Below, one piece after another: positions 12,042 through 20,970 of a DNA stretch of 64,000 nt. The notes beneath the pieces were generated by a model. The model ran no database searches, was not told the DNA's origin, and worked only from the letters and a program-made list of their open reading frames with translations. Within the stretch, counting starts at the first letter, position 1; each line of letters opens with the position of its first letter. Both the position numbers and the translations under genes were made by a program. The DNA comes from Candidatus Latescibacterota bacterium. GTDB lineage: Bacteria; Latescibacterota; UBA2968; UBA8231. The stretch is from positions 3,040,001-3,104,000 of the forward strand of contig CBDETK010000013.1 of assembly GCA_965242865.1 (NCBI GenBank). The letters run 5' to 3'.

Positions 12042-12941
12042 CTAGCCCATTTTTTTGCGCTGCGCCAAGTACCGAGATAAGGCCACGTCAAAGGGGGTCG
12101 CCGTGTCGAGCAGGGCGTAGTCAATGCCGGCCTCGGCGCACCCGAGCCGATAGGTCTGGATTAGATCGTCCATCAGGGCGCGGTACTCGTGCTGGATGTG
12201 CCAAGGTTGGGTGGTGAGGGTTTGGGCCGGGTCTTCGAGGTCGTAGAAGCGGGTCTGATCGCGGAAGGCGAGGTCGCGCTCGCGGGGGTCGAGCAAGTGG
12301 AAGACGATCACTTCGTGCCGCAGGTGGCGGAAGTGGCGCAACCCTTCGAGGACTTGGTCGGGCGCGTCGAGTAGGTCGGAGAGCACGATGACGAGGCCGC
12401 GGCGGCGAATGCGCTCGGCGAGGTCGTGGAAGGCCGGGGCCATGGTCGTCTCGCTGTGCGGACTCGCTTGGTCAATGGCCTTGAGGAGGACTTGCAGGTG
12501 GCTTTGCACCGAGCGCGGCGGCACGTACACCTCGGTTTGGTGGTGGTAGAGCAACAGGCCGACCGCATCGCGTTGCTTGAGCATGAGATAGGCCAACGCG
12601 CCGGCCAAAGAGGCTGCGTAGCGAAACTTGCTCAGGGGCGCACCGGCCGCAAAGTCCATGGAGCCGGAGACGTCGAGCAGCAGGTAGGCTTTGAGATTGG
12701 TCTCCTCCTCGTACTGTTTGACGTACAGGCGGTCGGACTTGGCATACGCCTTCCAATCAAGGTCGCGCAGCGGGTCGCCCGGCAGGTACGGACGGTGCTC
12801 GGAGAATTCGACCGAGAAGCCGTGGTACGGGCTGCGGTGTAGGCCGGTGATAAAGCCTTCCACCACGAGGCGCGCAATCAGGTCGAGGCGCGAGAGGCGC
12901 GAGATGGTTTCCGGGTGGAGGTAGGAGGCCGCTTCGCTCAC
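12042..12941 (-). CDS. DUF58 (vWA-like) protein
   Basis: GLHRSPYHGFSVEFSEHRPYLPGD, DWKAYAK, LLDVSGSM; downstream of MoxR. Confidence 0.92.
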   Translation of the reverse strand: MSEAASYLHPETISRLSRLDLIARLVVEGFITGLHRSPYHGFSVEFSEHRPYLPGDPLRDLDWKAYAKSDRLYVKQYEEETNLKAYLLLDVSGSMDFAAGAPLSKFRYAASLAGALAYLMLKQRDAVGLLLYHHQTEVYVPPRSVQSHLQVLLKAIDQASPHSETTMAPAFHDLAERIRRRGLVIVLSDLLDAPDQVLEGLRHFRHLRHEVIVFHLLDPRERDLAFRDQTRFYDLEDPAQTLTTQPWHIQHEYRALMDDLIQTYRLGCAEAGIDYALLDTATPFDVALSRYLAQRKKMG

Positions 12942-12942
12942 G

Positions 12943-13932
<990 letters not shown>

Positions 13933-13965
13933 GTACTTCCTTTCGGGACAATGGACGGTTGAATT

Positions 13966-14043
13966 GGCAGAAGATATGGGCGGAGGTGCCGCTTGGCCAG
14001 TTTGCAAGCTGGCGATCTTCGCAGAGGACGCACCTGTTTGACA
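13966..14043. repeat. moxR upstream segment, copy 1 (second copy at 18211-18282)
   Basis: ggcagaagatatgggcggag...tcttcgcagaggacgcacctgtttgaca recurs with a few changes and one indel. Confidence 0.85.
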
Positions 14044-14055
14044 TGGATTCACAAT

Positions 14056-14290
14056 TCTAAGATTCGCAACCGTTGAACCTGATTGAGCAGTAGGGCAGCG
14101 GCATCCCCCGCATGTTTCGCGAGGCGGAAGGGCTGGGGCTACCGGAGTTACAGATTGCGGAACGGTCTTAGATACCGGCCTCGTTGAAAGGACGCAGCCC
14201 GAGTCGCCGAGGAGTCCCAAGCAGAAGTATCGCCTAACCGCAAGGGGGAAGAAGGTGCTTTTCGAGGGCGATCCAGCGGGAGTTGGATGA
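14056..14290 (+). pseudogene. Collapsed remnant of a HATPase_c_4 (RecG-C-like) / Fic-type C-terminal wHTH regulator
   Basis: Fragments in three frames: SKIRNR / LNLIEQ*GSGIPRMFREAEGLGLPE / LDTGLVERTQPESPRSPKQKYRLTARG. Confidence 0.65.
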
Positions 14291-14442
14291 CAGGGTGCTT
14301 TGCGTGGTCTGGGCTGTTTTGTGCCGATGAGCCGAGCAATCGCTACGATACGGCGCAAATAGTAGCTGGTTCCTATCGCCTGTTCCAGATCGCCAGCCCA
14401 TCGCCTCAACGCCATGCAAGCCGGGCAGGTGATCCTCCATGA

Positions 14443-16185
14443 CTACCGAATCTCCAGCGCGATGGTCGATGGCGTCGTCAATCCCATGTAGATGAGGTCT
14501 GTGACGCCTGAGCCATCGAGGTTGGCATACTGAATCTTTCGCGTACTATAGTCAGCCCAGTACATCTTTTTTTCGCCCGCCATATCCGGCGGCCCCAGCG
14601 CGATGCCAAACGGATCAATCAATCCCCTGTTGGAGACGAGGGTTTCGACGTTTCTGCCATCGAGGTCGGCCCGCTGAATTTTTATTGAGTTCAGGACCGA
14701 ACTATTGCCCCGGTCCGTCCAGTACATCTTTCTGCTCCACAGATCCAGCGCGATGCGCCCTGGCCTAAACAACTCATTTGGTCGAAACATAGTACGGAGT
14801 GTTGAGCCTTCCGTAACGCCCTCTAAGGTGACGAGGATTTCGTCGTTTCTGCCATCGAGGTCGGCCCGATGAATGTTATTCCAACCCTGGTCTGTGAAGT
14901 ACATCTTTCCGCCCTCCACATCCAGCGCGATGCCCGATGGATCCGCCAATCTCATGGTGCCGAGGGTTTCCATGTTGTCGCCACTTAGGTCGGCCCGCCG
15001 TATCCTATTTCCGCCCGTTTCCGCCCAGTACATCTTTTTGTTTTCGCTCTCCAGATCCAGCGCGATGCCCGATGGCCAATCCAAGCCCGTTTTGATAAGG
15101 GTGTCGACGTTTGCGTTTTCGCCATCTAGATCGACCCGATGAATTTTATTCCCCGTTAGGTCCGTCCAGTACACCTTTCTGTTCGCCAGATCCAGCGCGA
15201 TGCCCGATGGATTCGATCCCGGGATGAAGGCGAGGGTGTCGACGTTATCCGGGTCGGCAGGGTCGGCACGATGAATCCTACCCGTGCCATAGTCCGTCCA
15301 GTATAGGGCGATCAGTTCGCGGATTGGTTCCTGCGGTCCCGTCGGTTCTGGTTCTTCTGGATAGACTTGGACGGTTTCGACGCGGGGGTATTTCTCTATT
15401 ACCGCTACGACGCGGAGGCCGCTTGCCATTGAGGCGGCGAGTTGCTGGTTCGCGGCGTGCTGGCTGAGGGCGTTTTCCATCACGCCCAGCCATTGCAAGT
15501 TCGTCAGGCTGGCCAAGGGACTGACATCCGCAATCTCGTTGTCTCCTAGCTGGAGCCATTGCAGGTTCGTTAAGCGAGCTAACGGCTGCACGTCGGTAAT
15601 CGCGTTGCCCCACATATCCAGTTTGCGCAAGCGGATCAGGCTGGCCAGCGGGCTCGCATCCGCCACCTTGTTACCCCACAACGACAACGTTTGAAGGTTG
15701 ATCAAACTGGCCAACGGCTGCACGTCGGTAATCGCGTTGCCCCGTAGATACAGCGTTGTCAGTGCTGTTGCGTGTTCGAGGCCGGCCACGCTCTCAATGT
15801 TTTTATAGCTCGCGTCGAGTTCGGTCAGGGCGGCCAAGTCCGCCGGGGTCAGGGTCCCTTGCGGGCGATCCAGTGCCTCCCGCACCGCCCGCTCCAAATT
15901 GGCGTCGGCGAACTCCACGGTGGCCGCTTGGGTGCTGTCAGCATCAGCTTCGGTCTGGGTGCTATCGGCGTCAGCGTCGGTCTGGGTGGTGTCGGGGCTT
16001 TCGGGGGCGGGCAGCCCGTCGGTAGCGGTGTAGGCGTCGTCGCCCAAGAACTCGCACAAGGAACAAGTGGCTTTGCCGACCGGCCGAGAAGCCACCGGCG
16101 CGGAGTCCGAGCAGCCCGTCCAAGCAGCGACGATGCCCAAAAGGACGAACGCAAACAGGGTTTTGAGAGATTTCAACGAAAGCAT
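14443..16185 (-). CDS. Lipoprotein with internalin-like LRRs and LDL-receptor class B (YWTD) beta-propeller
   Basis: Lipobox WTGC; FADANLERAVREAL cap; 22-aa LxxLxLxGNxIxDVxPLAxL repeats; six KMYW(T/A)D-like repeats. Confidence 0.9.
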   Translation of the reverse strand: MLSLKSLKTLFAFVLLGIVAAWTGCSDSAPVASRPVGKATCSLCEFLGDDAYTATDGLPAPESPDTTQTDADADSTQTEADADSTQAATVEFADANLERAVREALDRPQGTLTPADLAALTELDASYKNIESVAGLEHATALTTLYLRGNAITDVQPLASLINLQTLSLWGNKVADASPLASLIRLRKLDMWGNAITDVQPLARLTNLQWLQLGDNEIADVSPLASLTNLQWLGVMENALSQHAANQQLAASMASGLRVVAVIEKYPRVETVQVYPEEPEPTGPQEPIRELIALYWTDYGTGRIHRADPADPDNVDTLAFIPGSNPSGIALDLANRKVYWTDLTGNKIHRVDLDGENANVDTLIKTGLDWPSGIALDLESENKKMYWAETGGNRIRRADLSGDNMETLGTMRLADPSGIALDVEGGKMYFTDQGWNNIHRADLDGRNDEILVTLEGVTEGSTLRTMFRPNELFRPGRIALDLWSRKMYWTDRGNSSVLNSIKIQRADLDGRNVETLVSNRGLIDPFGIALGPPDMAGEKKMYWADYSTRKIQYANLDGSGVTDLIYMGLTTPSTIALEIR

Positions 16186-16546
16186 TTTTTGCTCCTTTGT
16201 ATGGTTGGGGAAGAAATGGTATGCAGGTTGGAAGAGGGGCAGGACGCCCCGAAAGAGGCGGAGCTAGCCCTAGGGCTAACGTGGAGTGCTCAGGACGCGC
16301 CCCTTGCTGTGGGTGCGCCTTTGCTAGTGTTCTCGCGGTGTCTGGGTCGAAGAGATTCCGCTCTCGGTCCTTGGCAGACGGGTTGCGGGGGTGGTGCAGG
16401 AAACGTGGATCAGCACAAAGGCCGCACGGCAGCGTGAGCTTTGGATCGTGCGGCCAGACCGACGCGCCGCCCAACAGCCGCGCACGAGCCGTCGGCCTAT
16501 GTAGAGAAGTAGAGAGTTTAGTGCTTGGTGCTAGAGAAGAATTTTC

Positions 16547-16566
16547 GGGGGGGGGGGGGGGGGGGG
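16547..16566. repeat. G20 homopolymer
   Basis: 20 consecutive G. Confidence 0.85.
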
Positions 16567-16720
16567 TAAGTTGTTGTTTTTCAAGGACTTACGACGCATT
16601 AAATCCGACGATGAATCCAAGCACCCAACAGGGTTTTGCCCCACAGCAAGGCCCCTGCCTGATATGAAATGCTTAACCATCGTCTCGTTCATCTGCCAAC
16701 CCCAAGTGGGCCGCTGTAAC

Positions 16721-16781
16721 GGGCAGGCACGGGGGCCTGCCCCAACGGGATTCTAACGGGCAGGCACGGGGGGCCGCCCCT
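16721..16781. repeat. Two tandem GTAG-type REP-like palindromes
   Basis: gggcaggcacgggggcctgccccaac and gggcaggcacggggggccgcccct; the reverse complement resembles GTAGGGGCAGGCCCCCGTGCCTGCCC. Confidence 0.7.
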
Positions 16782-16853
16782 GATTGTAGGTTCTTTGCCG
16801 TCGGGCCGTAATTAAAAGCCTAAACGCAGAAGCCGCAACCTGCGTACTTCTAC

Positions 16854-16965
16854 GGCATGTTCAAGCGCCAGCGGGATCGCCTTAAACGATTGTTCGGCAA
16901 TCTCGTCCCCGGCAAATAAGAACTCTTTAAGGTCGTCTATGGGCACAGGCCGATAGATTTCATCG
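16854..16965. repeat. 112-bp duplicate of the hicB 3' end (other copy at 18346-18457)
   Basis: Manual alignment gives 3 mismatches in 112 bp. Confidence 0.92.
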
Positions 16966-18099
16966 GGCACCCAAAACCGCTGGCACCTCCGGCAGCGGCA
17001 GTGCCGTAATGCGCTCGTCGAGCCGATAGCGCGCTTTGCCCGGATACACCACCCACAAGTGTTCTAAGTCGAGTTCAGTGCTGGCACTCCGCATGGATCG
17101 GGTCAAGCGGGGCGCGTCCGCAAACTTGCACTCCACCGCCCAGTTGCGGCCGCTTTTCTGCCAGAACAAGTCGACCTCGGCCCCGGTGTGGGTGCGCCAG
17201 AAATACAACTCCTCGTCGCGCTTTTCCAAGGCCCGACACGCACACTCTAGGGCAAAGCCCTCCCACGAAGCCCCTAGGCGGTTGTGCCCCATGAGCTGCT
17301 CCATGCTATCAATCGCCAGCAGCGCGTGGAACAGCCCCGAGTCCCGCAGATAAATTTTGGGCCTTTTCACCAGCCGCTTGCTGGTGTTGGAGTGCCAAGG
17401 CTGTAGGATGCGCACCATGAACGTACCGGCGAGAATATCTATGTACCGCCGCACCGTCACATCCGCGATGCCGAAATTGCGGGCGAATTCGGCGTAGTTC
17501 ACGACTTGGGCGTGGTAGTGGCACAGCATGGTCCAGAACCGCCGCAAGGTGGGGGCGGGGATGTTGATGCCCAGTTGGGGAACATCGCGCTCTAGAAAAG
17601 TGCTAATGTAGTGCTCGCGCCACCTAGAGCTAGCGGCCTCGGAAGGGGCGGTGTAGGAGCTGGGAAAACCGCCGCGCCACCACAGCCGCTTCCAGTCGGA
17701 CCGCTCGATATCGTCGAGCCGCAATCCGCCCAAGTGGTAATAGGCGATGCGGCCCGCTAGGGATTCGCTGCTCTGGCGTATCAAGTCCCAAGAGGCACTC
17801 CCTAGGACGAGGTATTTCTGGCCGGGCTGGGTATCGACTAGATACCGCAGTATGGGGAACAGGTCTGGCACCCGCTGGATCTCGTCGATGGCGACCAGCC
17901 CGGACAAATCCTCTAGAGCTAACTGCGGCTGCTCCAGTCGGGCTAGATCCCGTGGATTTTCCAAATCGAAGTAGTGCTCCGTGGGGAATTGTCGCGCTAG
18001 CGTTGTTTTGCCGCACTGGCGCACGCCGAGGATAGCCGTGACCGAGAAAAGACCAATGAGTTGTTCAAGACGCTGAATATCTTTCGGACGCGGGATCAC
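16960..18099 (-). CDS. AAA_14 + DUF4143 ATP-binding protein
   Basis: GVRQCGKT, IDEIQ, LGSAS, ESLAGR, GGFP, KRPKIYLRDSG, EVD...VECK. Confidence 0.9.
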   Translation of the reverse strand: MIPRPKDIQRLEQLIGLFSVTAILGVRQCGKTTLARQFPTEHYFDLENPRDLARLEQPQLALEDLSGLVAIDEIQRVPDLFPILRYLVDTQPGQKYLVLGSASWDLIRQSSESLAGRIAYYHLGGLRLDDIERSDWKRLWWRGGFPSSYTAPSEAASSRWREHYISTFLERDVPQLGINIPAPTLRRFWTMLCHYHAQVVNYAEFARNFGIADVTVRRYIDILAGTFMVRILQPWHSNTSKRLVKRPKIYLRDSGLFHALLAIDSMEQLMGHNRLGASWEGFALECACRALEKRDEELYFWRTHTGAEVDLFWQKSGRNWAVECKFADAPRLTRSMRSASTELDLEHLWVVYPGKARYRLDERITALPLPEVPAVLGAR

Positions 18100-18118
18100 G
18101 AGGCCCTCCTCTGCGGCA

Positions 18119-18163
18119 TTATCCCTGAAATATCAACACCAATATATGAAATTTCAGGGATAA
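18119..18163. promoter_or_regulatory. Perfect 13-bp inverted repeat upstream of the DUF4143 ATPase
   Basis: TTATCCCTGAAAT-N19-ATTTCAGGGATAA. Confidence 0.6.
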
Positions 18164-18342
18164 ATACTCAGGTCTTGCGTTTCTTTTTTTAGTCGCTGGG
18201 AAGAGCACTCGGCAAAAGATATGGGCGGAGATGCCGCAGTTTGCAAGCGGGTAATCTTCGCAGAGGACGCACCTGTTTGACAGCGGAAAGTTGGATGCCG
18301 ATCTGCTCCAATATCCAAGCCACATCCCTGTTGGATAGGTTC

Positions 18343-18621
18343 TTAGGCATGTTCGAGTGCCAGCGGGATCGCCTTAAACGATTGTTCGGCAATCTCGTCC
18401 CCGGCAAACAAGAACTCTTTAAGGTCGTCTATGGGCACAGGCCGATAGATTTCATCGCGGCGATTCTCAGCAATCATGTACTCTAGATAGGCTTCGGCCG
18501 CGTCTCTCAAGCCGTCCAGTGCTTCTTTTTTGTTTTTACCGCAAGAAGCAATATCCAGTTCGACGCACAGCGAAGCGTACTGACTGCCTTCTTTTTTGAT
18601 TAAACAAGTAAGTGGTTTCAT
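18343..18621 (-). CDS. HicB-family antitoxin-like protein
   Basis: YASLCVELDIASCGKNKKEALDGLRDAAEAYL; RBS GGAGGAGG. Confidence 0.8.
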   Translation of the reverse strand: MKPLTCLIKKEGSQYASLCVELDIASCGKNKKEALDGLRDAAEAYLEYMIAENRRDEIYRPVPIDDLKEFLFAGDEIAEQSFKAIPLALEHA

Positions 18622-18637
18622 GGCAGACCTCCTCCAG

Positions 18638-18736
18638 TTAGAAAAAGTTGTTCAAGAACTGATGGAACTGTGTGCTTACACTACAAACAAGCAGATCGCG
18701 ATAGAACGGCATTTCCCGTAGGAAAAACGGTTTCAC
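18638..18736 (-). pseudogene. Internal fragment of a PemK/MazF-like toxin
   Basis: Manual translation KPFFLREMPFYRDLLVCSVSTQFHQ resembles the RPxxxLRxMPxxxDxLVCGxSTQ core. Confidence 0.55.
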
Positions 18737-18745
18737 CGCTACTAC

Positions 18746-20005
18746 TCAGGTCTTGCGCTCCTTTTTCTTGGCCGCCGGGAAGAGCACATTGTTTAAGATC
18801 AGCCGGTAGCCGGGCGAATTGGGATGCAGGGTGAGGTTGGTCGGCGGGTCATAGACGTGGTGCCGGTGGTCCTCCGGGTCGTGGCCGGCATAAAAGGTAA
18901 ACGTGCCCTTGCCGACGCGGCCGTGGATGTACTTGACGCTATCGGTGCCGTCTTCTTGGCCGAGGAGGATGACCGAGTCCTTGATCAGGGACTGGCGGAA
19001 GGCCGTGGTCTGGCCGAGAAAGCCATCGACGATGTTGGTGTGGCACTGAGTGAGCATCGTAGGCACAGGGTCGTATTTGGCCGAGAACTCAAACAACGTG
19101 AAATACTCGGCCTCGGCCGTGCGGATCCGGCGCATGTCGGCGGGCGTGGTGTCGATGTTTGAAAATTCGTACACCAGCGGGTTGGTTTCGAGGACAAAGT
19201 TTTCAAAGGCCACAGTGCGGCTGAAGTCGAGCTGGGCTTGGGCGTTGGGGTCGGCCGCGTCGCCATCGAAGACTGCGTGGCATATATCCACGGCGAGCGC
19301 GGCGAGGGCAATGTCAAAGGTGTCGGTGGCCGAGCACATCGCGAAGAGAAAACCTCCGGCCGCCATGTACTCGTAGATCTTGACCACCACGGCCTTCTTT
19401 TGCTCGGAGACCTTGGCATAGCCGAGGCGGCGCGCCATCTGCTCGTACGCGGCCTGCTGCTGGCGATACCAAGGCTGATTGCTGTAGGAGCCATAGAACT
19501 TGCCGTACTGGCCGGTGAAGTCCTCGTGGTGCAGGTGTAGCCAATCGTAGTCGTCGAGCGCGCCTTGGAGCACTTCGTCGTCCCAGATTTTTTCGTAGTC
19601 GATTTGGGCGTATTCCAGCGAAAGCGTCACTGCGTCGTCCCAAGGCTGTTTGTTGGGCGGCGTGTACACGGCGATCTTCGGCACCTTTTCCAAGCGCACG
19701 ACCTCCATGTTGGACGCATCGATCTCCGCGTAGATCTGGGCGACTTGGGCCTCGGAGATGCGCTCGGTGCTGACGCCGCGCAGAATGGCTTCGCTGGCGA
19801 TGAGGTCGCGTGCTTCCACGAGGAACGCGCCCCCTCGATAGTTGAGCAACCACTCGACCGGAATGCCGCGCTCCAAGGTCCAGAAAGCAAGCCCGTAGGC
19901 CCGGAGGTGGTCGCGCTGGGAGGAATCCATGGGCACGAGGAGCTGCTCGGCGCGGGCCGGAAAAACGGCGAGGGTGCAAAGGGCTAGGGCAAAGAGAATG
20001 GGCAT
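18746..20005 (-). CDS. Conserved secreted FCB-group protein (family often labelled asparagine synthetase B, function unproven)
   Basis: Signal peptide; WLLNYRGG, PWDDAV, HLHHEDFTGQYGKF, PGYRLILNNVLFPAAKKK. Confidence 0.75.
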   Translation of the reverse strand: MPILFALALCTLAVFPARAEQLLVPMDSSQRDHLRAYGLAFWTLERGIPVEWLLNYRGGAFLVEARDLIASEAILRGVSTERISEAQVAQIYAEIDASNMEVVRLEKVPKIAVYTPPNKQPWDDAVTLSLEYAQIDYEKIWDDEVLQGALDDYDWLHLHHEDFTGQYGKFYGSYSNQPWYRQQQAAYEQMARRLGYAKVSEQKKAVVVKIYEYMAAGGFLFAMCSATDTFDIALAALAVDICHAVFDGDAADPNAQAQLDFSRTVAFENFVLETNPLVYEFSNIDTTPADMRRIRTAEAEYFTLFEFSAKYDPVPTMLTQCHTNIVDGFLGQTTAFRQSLIKDSVILLGQEDGTDSVKYIHGRVGKGTFTFYAGHDPEDHRHHVYDPPTNLTLHPNSPGYRLILNNVLFPAAKKKERKT

Positions 20006-20007
20006 GG

Positions 20008-20808
20008 TCAGCCTCCTTCGCGCAAGAGTCGGAGCCGCTCAATGTGCAGGCGCACCTGTGGAGCGAGGGCGTCGAGCGGGTGTTGGAGGAGCGCGGTCTC
20101 ACAAGCCTTGAGGGCCTGCTCAATCGCGCCTTGGCGCTCGTAGAGCGCGGCGAGCCCGAGCTGGGCGGCCACGATGTGTTCGCCTTGGGGAAAGTGGGCG
20201 ATTTGACGCTGGTACAGGGCTAGGGCCTCGTCGAGCCGACCTTGCTCGGCGCGCAATTCAGCGCGGGCGAGCAAGCTCCACTCGGCCAGGCCTGGGGCGG
20301 CGCGGTCTTCAAGGGCCGCCCAGTGTGCGTCCGCCTCCTCGCTCAGCCCCTGCCGTTCTAAAAGCTGGGCGCGGCTGAGATCGGCGAGGCCATCGGATGT
20401 TGCGTATTCCTCGCTGGTGGCCAGCAGGGCGAGGGCGTCATTGGCAAGGGCATGGCCCGGGTCGGCCGCGGCCAGCGCGGCCAAGGCGGCACCCGCCGCG
20501 GCAAAATCGCCGCGGAAGTAGAGCAGCTCGGCGCGGTGATAGCGGGCCGCGTACGCAGCCGGACCGCCGCGTTGTTCCACATCCGCCCAAAAGCGATCGG
20601 CGCAGTCTAGGTCGCCCAAGCGCAGGCTGCACTCGGCGAGCAGCATCAGGGCGTCCTCGGCCTGCGGGGCTTCAACCACCGCTTGCAGGGCCGTACAAAC
20701 ACCTGGGGCGTCGGCGTGGCGTTCTAGCAACAGGCGCGCTTGGAGGTCAGCGGTCGCGTGGGCCGCGCTCCACAGGCCGAGGACGCCGATGAGGACGGGT
20801 ATGTTCAT
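20008..20808 (-). CDS. Tetratricopeptide-repeat protein
   Basis: Ala/Leu-rich TPR helices (ARYHRAELLYFRGDF, LGLAALYERQG); alternative in-frame start at 20961. Confidence 0.75.
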   Translation of the reverse strand: MNIPVLIGVLGLWSAAHATADLQARLLLERHADAPGVCTALQAVVEAPQAEDALMLLAECSLRLGDLDCADRFWADVEQRGGPAAYAARYHRAELLYFRGDFAAAGAALAALAAADPGHALANDALALLATSEEYATSDGLADLSRAQLLERQGLSEEADAHWAALEDRAAPGLAEWSLLARAELRAEQGRLDEALALYQRQIAHFPQGEHIVAAQLGLAALYERQGAIEQALKACETALLQHPLDALAPQVRLHIERLRLLREGG

Positions 20809-20970
20809 GGGGCGTCGCGGATTGCGAGGAGGGCGATCGTCATTCCCGCAAAAGCGGGAATCCAGCTCTGTACGGGACGGCCTCCGTGCCGTCCCTCCCG
20901 TCATTTGTATGTTGTCGATTCCTCCCTCGCAAGCGGGAATCCAGACAGCGGGTATGTTCATGGGGCGTCG
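20797..20970. repeat. REP cluster flanked by a direct repeat of about 22 bp
   Basis: cgggtatgttcatggggcgtcg occurs twice, 153 bp apart, enclosing gtcattcccgcaaaagcgggaatccag, gggacggcctccgtgccgtccc and a degenerate gcgggaatccag. Confidence 0.8.

Noticed and set aside
14500-15760. Periodic DNA repeats (ccagtacatc...atccagcgcgatgccc; acgtcggtaatcgcgttgccc) as possible CRISPR or DGR
   Set aside because: They encode YWTD and LRR protein repeats in frame; no cas or reverse transcriptase genes are present
16190-16540. Possible riboswitch or ncRNA in the LRR gene leader
   Set aside because: Some hairpins are present but no recognisable family consensus; would need an Infernal/Rfam search
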